From an uncultured Chloroflexia bacterium (lineage in GTDB: Bacteria > Chloroflexota > Ktedonobacteria > Ktedonobacterales > JADMIN01): DNA of 32,000 nucleotides. The notes beneath the pieces were generated by a model. The model was not told the DNA's origin and did no database searches. It was given only the letters and a program-made list of their open reading frames with translations. Location: the NCBI GenBank assembly GCA_963718915.1, contig CAVRAI010000003.1, positions 360,001 through 392,000 of the forward strand, given 5' to 3'. Both the position numbers and the translations under genes were made by a program. Every line of letters starts with the position of its first letter. Position 1 is the stretch's first letter. Of the stretch, positions 25,682 to 32,000 are shown one piece after another.

Positions 25682-26281
25682 ATGAAACTCAGCGCCTACG
25701 CCAAACAGGTCGGCGTCACCTACAAAACGGCTTGGCAATGGTGGAAAGATGGGCGATTGGACGCCTATCAATTGCCCACGGGAACGGTAATTGTGCGAGA
25801 ATCGCGCCTGGCTCCTGCGGGTGTGGCGCTTTATGCCCGGGTATCTAGCGCTGACCAGAAAGCAGATGCCACACGCCAACTAGAGCACTTGCGCACGTAT
25901 GCGGCGGCGCGCGGTTACCAAGTGGTTGCCGAGGCAAGAGAGATTGCGTCTGGCTTGAATGATGAGCGGCCTAAACTGACGAAACTGCTCACCAATCCGC
26001 AGATTGGTGTCATTGTGGTGGAACATCGGGACCGGCTGACGCGCTTTGGCTATGGCTACATTGCCACACTGCTGGAAACCCAGGGGCGGCGGGTAGAGGC
26101 GATTTTTCCTGCCGATACTGGTGATGGCTTGGTCGATGATTTTGTGGCGATCATCACGAGCATGGCGGCACGTATCTATGGACGCCGCAACAGTAAACGC
26201 CGGGCGGAGCGGATTAAGGCATGCGTTGAACATGTCATGCAAGTTGAACATGTCATGCAAGAGGAAGACCGAGAGGCCTAG
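25682..26281 (+). CDS. tnpA: IS607-family transposase TnpA (MerR-like HTH plus serine recombinase catalytic domain)
   Basis: The N-terminus reads MKLSAYAKQVGVTYKTAWQWWKDGRL. The catalytic Ser motif is ALYARVSSADQK, followed by VIVVEHRDRLTRFGYGYI. Confidence 0.9.
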   Translation: MKLSAYAKQVGVTYKTAWQWWKDGRLDAYQLPTGTVIVRESRLAPAGVALYARVSSADQKADATRQLEHLRTYAAARGYQVVAEAREIASGLNDERPKLTKLLTNPQIGVIVVEHRDRLTRFGYGYIATLLETQGRRVEAIFPADTGDGLVDDFVAIITSMAARIYGRRNSKRRAERIKACVEHVMQVEHVMQEEDREA

Positions 26282-26283
26282 TG

Positions 26284-27525
26284 ATGCCGATTGTCCGCGC
26301 CTACAAGGCTGAACTAGGCCTGAATAACGCGCAAGTCACCGCCTGCAAGAAACATGCGGGGGCGGCGCGTTGGGCCTATAATTGGGGCTTGCGGCGCAAA
26401 CAAGAGGCCTACGAGCAAACGGGCACGACGCCCACCGCGATAGACTTGCATCGGGAACTGAACGCGCTCAAAAAGAGCGCAGTACCCTGGATGTATGAAG
26501 TGAGCAAGTGCGCGCCACAAGAGGCATTGCGCAACTTGGATACGGCCTATATCAACTTCTTGCGCCGCTGCGGGCAAAAGAAGGCAGGACTGTGGAAGGG
26601 GAAACCGGGCTACCCCAAGCCCAAGACCAAGAAGAAGGGACTGGGCAGTTTCCGGCTCACGGGCTCGATTGTGGTGGGTACCCACGCGATTCAGTTGCCA
26701 CGTTTGGGACGCCTGCGTCTGAAGGAGCGCGGCTATCTCCCTATCAGCGGAGTGAAAATCCTCTCGGCCACGGTCAGTGAACAGGGCGGACACTGGTATG
26801 TCGCAGTGCACGTGGAGCAAGAGCAGGACATCCCCGTCAATAGCGGGCCAGTGGTGGGTGTGGACTTGGGTATCAAGACGCTCGCCACCATCTCAGACGG
26901 CACGCAGCATGAAACCGTTGCTAATCCCAAGCATCTGAAACGTCACCAACGTAAACTCAAGCACGTGCAGCGGGCGGTCTCCCGCAAACAGAAGGGGAGT
27001 CAGAATCGCAAGAAAGCCGTCGCCACCCTCGGCAAAGACCATCGTCACGTCGCTAATCAGCGCGCCAACACGTTGCATCAATTGACCGCGAGACTGGCGA
27101 AAACCAAGTCAGTGATCGTGATCGAAGACCTCAACGTGGCGGGCATGCTCAAAAATCATCACTTGGCGCAAGCAATTGCCGATGTCGGCTTTGCGGAGTT
27201 TCGTCGGCAACTCGCCTACAAAGCAGCGTGGTATGGCAGTCGTGTGGTGGTGGTGAGTCGCTGGGAACCCTCCTCGCGGCGTTGCTGGCGGTGTGGCCAT
27301 GTGAAAGCGGAATTGCTGCTGGCTGAACGCATGTACCACTGTGAAGTCTGCGGCCTCACCATAGACCGCGACCTGAACGCTGCGATCAATTTAAGCAAAC
27401 TGGCCGACAGTTCGCCGGACAGTCTAAACGCCTGTGGAGAGGCACGCACTGGCTTGTCGCGTGAGCGCCAAGTGAAACGATCCCCGATGAAGCAGGAACC
27501 AGATACGTTCGATGCTTCGGCATAA
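26284..27525 (+). CDS. tnpB: TnpB (OrfB_IS605-type RuvC nuclease with zinc ribbon); catalytic residues appear intact
   Basis: RuvC-I is VVGVDLGIK, RuvC-II is VIVIEDLNV, the zinc ribbon is CWRCGH...CEVCG, and RuvC-III is IDRDLNAAINL. Confidence 0.9.
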   Translation: MPIVRAYKAELGLNNAQVTACKKHAGAARWAYNWGLRRKQEAYEQTGTTPTAIDLHRELNALKKSAVPWMYEVSKCAPQEALRNLDTAYINFLRRCGQKKAGLWKGKPGYPKPKTKKKGLGSFRLTGSIVVGTHAIQLPRLGRLRLKERGYLPISGVKILSATVSEQGGHWYVAVHVEQEQDIPVNSGPVVGVDLGIKTLATISDGTQHETVANPKHLKRHQRKLKHVQRAVSRKQKGSQNRKKAVATLGKDHRHVANQRANTLHQLTARLAKTKSVIVIEDLNVAGMLKNHHLAQAIADVGFAEFRRQLAYKAAWYGSRVVVVSRWEPSSRRCWRCGHVKAELLLAERMYHCEVCGLTIDRDLNAAINLSKLADSSPDSLNACGEARTGLSRERQVKRSPMKQEPDTFDASA

Positions 27526-27583
27526 AACGGTAGATTCTGGAGAACGGAAGTCCCAGCGTATCGACCAGCAGATGCCGTTCGCT

Positions 27584-28627
27584 TCATCCCGTGATGAGCA
27601 CATCGTTGGGGTAGCGCTCGCCGGGGATAGTGGCGATCACTTTCAGGGTCGCGACATCTATCACCGCGAGATTCTTACCGAGCGTATCGGCGACGACGAC
27701 ATAGCGCCCGTCGGGTGTGACCGCGATGCCGTGCGGATAGCCCGTGACGCCGACCGTCGCCCGCACGGTGGGGTGCGCCGGATCGCCGCCGATATCGATC
27801 ACGCTGACGGAGTGCGAGCCGCCATTGGCGACGTAGAGCGTCTTGCTGTCGGGCGAATGGGCGATCAGCGCGGGGTGTAGGCCAACCGGCACGCTATCCA
27901 CCACCCGCCGCGCCTGCGTGTCCACCACGAAGAGGCGCCCGGTCAGGTTGTCGCTGGCGTAGAGATAGTGGCCGTCGGGGCTGATGGCGAGGCCATACGG
28001 TTCTGCTAGCTGTGGCAGCGGAATTGTCGCGGCAAGCGAGTCGCTGGTGGCGTTGATGACCGCGATAGCCGCGCCGCCGTAGCAGCCGGTATAGACCCAC
28101 TGGCCGTCGGGCGAGATGACGATGCTATGCGGCCGGTCGGGTGTCGTGATCGTCGTGCGCAGCTTCCAGGTATGCCCATCGACCACGGCCACATTCGCTG
28201 CGCCAAAACTGGTGACGAAGATCGTGCCGCCATCGCGCGTGGCCACCATATGCACCGGATAGACGCCAACGCCGACGCTGTGTATCTCTTTCGGCGCGCC
28301 GCTGCTCAGATTGAAGGCGATCAGCCGGTTGGTGGCGACGTCGGTGACGTAGAGCGTCTTGCCATCGGCGGAAAGCCCCAGGCCATGGATGCTCTGCGCG
28401 ACATGCCAGGTGTGTTTGCCCAGTTCGGCCATATTGCCGGTCAGCACATCAGTGACAAAGACCGAGTAGTTCGACAGCGGCGTTGGGAGCGCGAGCGTCG
28501 CGATGGGGGTGGGCGCGGTCGTCGCCGCCGCTGAAGGATCGCATCCCGCCAGCAACGCGGCCAGCGCCACCAGCAAGAGCACAGCCCCCGCGAGCGCGCC
28601 TCTTCCTCTGACCCCGCTTCGCCTCAT
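27584..28627 (-). CDS. YVTN-family beta-propeller repeat lipoprotein
   Basis: Signal peptide with lipobox (LVALAALLAGC). Repeated units of the type LYVTDVATNRLIAF / IFVTSFGAANVAVVD / LYASDNLTGRLFVVD / LYVANGGSHSVSVID / VVVADTLGKNLAVID. Confidence 0.85.
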   Translation of the reverse strand: MRRSGVRGRGALAGAVLLLVALAALLAGCDPSAAATTAPTPIATLALPTPLSNYSVFVTDVLTGNMAELGKHTWHVAQSIHGLGLSADGKTLYVTDVATNRLIAFNLSSGAPKEIHSVGVGVYPVHMVATRDGGTIFVTSFGAANVAVVDGHTWKLRTTITTPDRPHSIVISPDGQWVYTGCYGGAAIAVINATSDSLAATIPLPQLAEPYGLAISPDGHYLYASDNLTGRLFVVDTQARRVVDSVPVGLHPALIAHSPDSKTLYVANGGSHSVSVIDIGGDPAHPTVRATVGVTGYPHGIAVTPDGRYVVVADTLGKNLAVIDVATLKVIATIPGERYPNDVLITG

Positions 28628-28734
28628 CCGTCTTCTCTCCCCACAATCGGTACGCGACAGCCTTCAGCACACTCTAGCGCAGGGGCCAGCGGACACGCAG
28701 GTGTAGGGTACTTTCTTCGAGCGCGCCACTTACT

Positions 28735-28758
28735 CCCCTCCCCGCATGCGGGGAGGGG
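28735..28758 (-). terminator. 24-bp perfect GC-rich palindrome CCCCTCCCCGCA/TGCGGGGAGGGG, with a second hairpin CTGAGG-cat-CCTCAG at 28773-28787; possible mscL terminator without a U-tract
   Basis: All 12 base pairs were checked by hand. The site lies 20-75 nt downstream of the mscL stop (28808) on the minus strand. No T-run follows, so the function is uncertain. Confidence 0.35.
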
Positions 28759-28807
28759 CTGGGGGAGAGGGTCTGAGGCATCCTCAGCGAATTACTGGCT
28801 AGTATTC

Positions 28808-29239
28808 CTAAGAGGCAGCCGCCGCGACTGGGGACACCTCGGAGGTGCAGAATGGGCAGCGTGTCGCCTGAACCGGAATGCTGCTGAAGCAGTAGGGGCA
28901 GTCGTGGGTCGTTGGATCGGGGGGCAGTTCCTTCTTGCGGTGGGACATCAGCCAGTTGACCGGCTTGACGACGAAGAAGAAAATGACCGCCGCAAGGATC
29001 ACGAATGCGACCAGCGCCGTGAGGAAAGTGCCAATCTTGATCTGGCTGCCATTGATCGTCCACCAGTATTGATCAAACGACGGCTTACCCCCAAAGGCGC
29101 CGATGATGGGCATGATGACATTCTGCACCAGGCTTACTACTACCGCGCCAAACGCGGCGCCAATCACGACCGCGACGGCCAGATCGACAACATTACCACG
29201 AAGAATGAACGCCTTGAACTCGTTACCCCATCCCTTCAT
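28808..29239 (-). CDS. mscL: Large-conductance mechanosensitive channel MscL with a C-terminal CxxC-x10-CxxC zinc-ribbon extension
   Basis: FKAFILRGNVVDLAVAVVIGAAFGAVVVSLVQNVIMPIIG is the canonical MscL TM1. AGGTGG lies 7 nt upstream of the ATG. The tail reads DCPYCFSSIPVQATRCPFCTS. Confidence 0.95.
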   Translation of the reverse strand: MKGWGNEFKAFILRGNVVDLAVAVVIGAAFGAVVVSLVQNVIMPIIGAFGGKPSFDQYWWTINGSQIKIGTFLTALVAFVILAAVIFFFVVKPVNWLMSHRKKELPPDPTTHDCPYCFSSIPVQATRCPFCTSEVSPVAAAAS

Positions 29240-29580
29240 GATAGAGCCACCTTTCCCGTTGAGCGCGCGCCAATGCGCGGCGCGGCTTTGGTCTGAGTCA
29301 CTCGCAACCTTGCCACCTGTTCAGCAGTACGGTTGTTACCTACTATCGTACTAGACGATGGTGCTCAGCACAAGTGGGGCGGGGGCGTTTCATGAGCAGC
29401 TCACACGTTGCGGTATCAGGCGCCGGGCTATGCCAATCGACGCGGCCAGGCACGCTAGATTCTCTGCCAGGCGTGGTGTATAATCCCGGCCATGCTATTC
29501 GGATGGTCAGGCTCGATGGCCTTGAGGGAAGACCGGCTCCCGATACGCGGGCGCGCAGGATAAGGAATGGAGCGCCGACG

Positions 29581-30498
29581 ATGAACGGATATCCGCCGTC
29601 TCCATCTTCTCCGGAATCGTCGCAGCGTCAACCGCCCGCGCGAGTTCGTATCGTCACCGACAGCGCGTCGGACATTCTCCAGAGCCACGCGCACGCGATT
29701 GGGATTATCGTGGTCCCGAATCGGATTGTTCTGGACGGCCATATTTTTCGCGACGGCATTGATATCTCCGCCGCGCAATTCTATGCGCGTCTGCCGAAGG
29801 CGCGACCTGCTCCCTATACGGAACCAGCCTCCCCCGCCGACTTCTACCAGGTCTATCAGACAGCATTCGCTCAGGGGGCGACCGCGATTGTCTCCATCCA
29901 TGTCTCCAACCAGTTTAGCCAGGTGGTCCGGCATGCCACGGCCGCGCGCGACTATCTCACGCCTGCCCCAATTCATATCATCGACTCGCTCCAGCTTGGG
30001 ATCGGCATGTGGCCCGCCGTCATCGAGGCCTCGCGTATCGCGCATCTCGGCGCGCCAGTGCAGGCCATCCATGAGCGTGTCATCTCTTTGCTGGCTCGTA
30101 CGCATGTATTCGTCATGGTCGAATCACTGGAGCCACTGCGACGCTCGGGACGTATCGGACGGGTGCAGGGGCTGGTTGGCGCGCTCATCGACGCCCACCC
30201 CATTCTGACACTTGACCAGGGAGAGGCGCGTCTGGTCGAAACCGTTCGCTCGCGCAGGCGCGCCGTGCTCCGTCTGAGTGAGCTGGTGCGCGAGCGGGAG
30301 CGCTCGGTCGGCGGCATCGAAACGCTGCTCATCTGCGGTACCAGCATCGAGTCGATTGCCGAGATGGAGACGCTGCTCGCCAGGAAATATGCTGGCATGA
30401 TTCGGAAGACATGGCTCGGCCCAACCATTGGCGCCAACCTCGGCCCGGCCATCGCCGTCGCGCTCGTGGCCGGAGAGCCGCCACCATCCAGGCCCTGA
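29581..30498 (+). CDS. DegV family (fatty-acid-binding) protein
   Basis: VRIVTDSASDIL...IIVVPNRIVLDGHIFRDGIDISAAQFY...IVSIHVSNQFSQVVRHATAAR. I chose the ATG at 29581 (GGAG 8 nt upstream); the longest ORF begins at 29374. TATAAT is present at 29479-29484. Confidence 0.8.
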   Translation: MNGYPPSPSSPESSQRQPPARVRIVTDSASDILQSHAHAIGIIVVPNRIVLDGHIFRDGIDISAAQFYARLPKARPAPYTEPASPADFYQVYQTAFAQGATAIVSIHVSNQFSQVVRHATAARDYLTPAPIHIIDSLQLGIGMWPAVIEASRIAHLGAPVQAIHERVISLLARTHVFVMVESLEPLRRSGRIGRVQGLVGALIDAHPILTLDQGEARLVETVRSRRRAVLRLSELVRERERSVGGIETLLICGTSIESIAEMETLLARKYAGMIRKTWLGPTIGANLGPAIAVALVAGEPPPSRP

Positions 30499-30556
30499 GA
30501 AAAACGGCGGATTGTCCGGATCGGAGCTTTATGCCCCGCGTCACCGCCAGAACGGC

Positions 30557-31396
30557 TCAGCCAGTGGTGGTAGTATTCTCCAGCAGCCAGCGGAGGAAGC
30601 CCGGCACGGCTTCGGCGCTGGGCAGCGTCATATCGGCCTCGGTGGCCAGATGCGTGGGCGCCTCGCTGTGGAGCACCGCCACCGCCACCCCCTGACAGAC
30701 GCCATCCGCGGTCAGCCGCCGCAGCGTTCTGAAGGCGTCGATATCGGTCTGGTCGTCGCCCAGATACAACGCGCCACGCAGCCCGCGCGTCCGAATGAAG
30801 CTCTCGATGGAGACGCCTTTATCGATTTCAAGCGGCGGACGCACTTCCACTACCATCTTGCCGCGTGTCACGCGCAGACCATCCGCGCTGGCGGCGTCGG
30901 CGACCACCTTGTAGACCGCGTCTTCGGCTTCTTGCGGCTGTTCTACGCCGCGCAAATGAATCGTGGCGGTGACGCCCTTCCGCTCGATAATCAGTCCGGG
31001 AAATCGCACCATCAGCGGCGCCTGGATGTTGGCCAGCACATGATTGATAGCGCGTATCCACGGCTCGGCTTCGGGACGCACATGCACGGTCATGTCATCC
31101 TGGCTCAGGTGTTCGAGGCCGTGGTTGCCGATGTAGAGCAGGCCCGGCAGCCCGACCAGCGTGCGGGCGTCGATGGCGGTCCGGCCCGAGACGGCGGCGA
31201 CGAGATCGAAGGTGGAGAGCGCCTGCCGCAGCAGTTCGGCTACTCCTGGCAGGAGCACCGCCGCATCGGGGGTTGGCGCGATGACGCTCAGTGTACCGTC
31301 GATGTCGGAAAACAGACCCAGCGGGCGTAGCGCTAGCACCGCGCGCAGCCGGTCGCGGACGACATCCGAAGGGGAGAAGGCTTCCTCGATAGCCAT
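30557..31396 (-). CDS. otsB: Trehalose-6-phosphate phosphatase (HAD-IIB)
   Basis: HAD motif I is LFSDIDGTLS, followed by VSGRT, then KG and motif IV LYLGDDQTDIDAF. GGAGG lies 5 nt upstream of the ATG. Confidence 0.85.
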   Translation of the reverse strand: MAIEEAFSPSDVVRDRLRAVLALRPLGLFSDIDGTLSVIAPTPDAAVLLPGVAELLRQALSTFDLVAAVSGRTAIDARTLVGLPGLLYIGNHGLEHLSQDDMTVHVRPEAEPWIRAINHVLANIQAPLMVRFPGLIIERKGVTATIHLRGVEQPQEAEDAVYKVVADAASADGLRVTRGKMVVEVRPPLEIDKGVSIESFIRTRGLRGALYLGDDQTDIDAFRTLRRLTADGVCQGVAVAVLHSEAPTHLATEADMTLPSAEAVPGFLRWLLENTTTTG

Positions 31397-31441
31397 GGGC
31401 GCCTCCGTGGGTATGCTGGCTCGAACTGGCGGCGCGTTACG

Positions 31442-32000
31442 CTATGCGCGCGTGCCGAAATCCTCAGTCCAGTAGGTATGGGACGTGACCTTACCCGGAT
31501 CGTTGGCGAGATAGACATAGCCCACGCCGATATCATGCAGCGCGCAGTTCAGAATGTTCTTGCGGTGCGCGTCGTTGGGCGGCGATTCGTTGAACCACAT
31601 ATCTACGACCTGTTCAGGCGATGTCTGGCCCCAGGCGATGTTTTCGGCGAAGAGCGAATAGGCGTAGCCCGCCGCCGTGATGCGGTCGCCGATGGGTGCG
31701 CCGCTGGAGCTATTATGGCCCACAAAATCGTGCGTCGCCATATCGGCGCTATGCGCCTGCGCCGTCCCCATGAGAATAGGGTTCTGCGCCAGCGCGTGGC
31801 AGCCGTGCGCCACTCGATAGCTATTCGTGCGGGCGATGACGCGCGTGGCGAAATTGCTCGCGAGGGCTGTCGTCGTAGTCGTGGCGCCTATGGTGGTTGC
31901 CGCGACGGCGCCACGAGAGCTGGTGGGCGTATTGCCACTAGAGAAAGCCGGACTCGTCCAGCGCGCCGCGCATGACGCCGCGACCCCAATCCAGCAGCCC
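31442..32000 (-). CDS. Partial CDS (N-terminus beyond the right edge): secreted CAP/SCP/PR-1-like domain protein with a Thr-rich linker
   Basis: The frame stays open upstream of the track's GTG (31813) to the window end. My translation reads ...TSSRGAVAATTIGATTTTTALASNFATRVIARTNSYRVAHGCHALAQNPILMGTAQAHSADMATHDFVGHN...ENIAWG...HRKNILN...YWTEDFG, which matches the CAP-domain pattern. Confidence 0.8.
   Translation of the reverse strand, partial: GCWIGVAASCAARWTSPAFSSGNTPTSSRGAVAATTIGATTTTTALASNFATRVIARTNSYRVAHGCHALAQNPILMGTAQAHSADMATHDFVGHNSSSGAPIGDRITAAGYAYSLFAENIAWGQTSPEQVVDMWFNESPPNDAHRKNILNCALHDIGVGYVYLANDPGKVTSHTYWTEDFGTRA

Larger units (their letters stand above)
25631..27583 (+). mobile_element. 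IS607-family insertion sequence (tnpA serine recombinase plus tnpB); boundaries approximate
   Basis: The tnpA-tnpB pair is almost contiguous (stop 26281, start 26284). The left limit is set by the end of the IS5 remnant (25630), and the right limit by the stop of the converging YVTN gene (27584). I found no clear terminal inverted repeats, as expected for IS607. Confidence 0.7.

Noticed and set aside
29374-29580. Upstream extensions of DegV (29374), the ICMT protein (16995), the ABC ATPase (4046) and the MarR-fusion (4054) as given by the longest ORFs
   Set aside because: In each case an internal ATG with a good Shine-Dalgarno sequence coincides with the start of the conserved domain. The extensions are unusual in composition, or overlap promoter or operator DNA.
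1-32000. tRNA, rRNA or other canonical RNA genes
   Set aside because: I scanned the intergenic regions (9163-9463, 19731-20022, 21076-21637, 23330-24071 and 29240-29580). I saw no cloverleaf-compatible sequence and no conserved rRNA blocks, so none are reported.

Overview
GC-rich bacterial chromosomal segment. The protein repertoire suggests a Chloroflexota/Ktedonobacteria-like or actinobacterial-type genome, but this taxon guess is inference only. I support about 26 protein-coding features and no rRNA, tRNA or CRISPR.

Layout, left to right:
- Partial membrane/lectin-like gene, running off the left edge.
- A ~670-bp non-coding block packed with DnaA boxes (3 perfect TTATCCACA plus about 15 near-matches) next to an AT-rich tract. 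This looks like oriC, although no dnaA or dnaN is adjacent.
- MarR-fusion regulator, divergent from a DrrAB-type ABC exporter, with a 25-bp palindromic operator between them.
- Hypothetical acidic protein.
- A ~370-bp MITE-like foldback element with an internal 9-bp x9 tandem repeat.
- Pro-rich membrane protein.
- An uncharacterised divergent cassette: a ThiF/E1-like adenylase fused to an unknown ~360-aa domain, opposite a non-SPASM radical SAM enzyme and a hotdog-fold protein.
- ECF sigma factor, then a zinc anti-sigma factor whose large Asp-box beta-propeller ectodomain is now in a +1 frame (apparent frameshift).
- ICMT-family methyltransferase and S9 peptidase.
- Low-GC islet with an orphan polytopic membrane protein.
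- Cluster of REP-like hairpin repeats.
- Membrane-anchored sulfite-oxidase-family molybdoenzyme.
- A 740-bp unexplained gap.
- RibD_C/DHFR-like protein and a P-loop kinase.
- Decayed IS5-family transposase remnant abutted by an intact IS607-type element (tnpA serine recombinase plus tnpB).
- YVTN propeller lipoprotein, mscL with a zinc-ribbon tail, DegV-family protein, otsB, and a partial CAP/SCP-domain gene running off the right edge.

The most interesting items are the oriC-like DnaA-box cluster and the ThiF-fusion / radical SAM / hotdog cassette. All family assignments come from motif recognition by eye. No database search was run.
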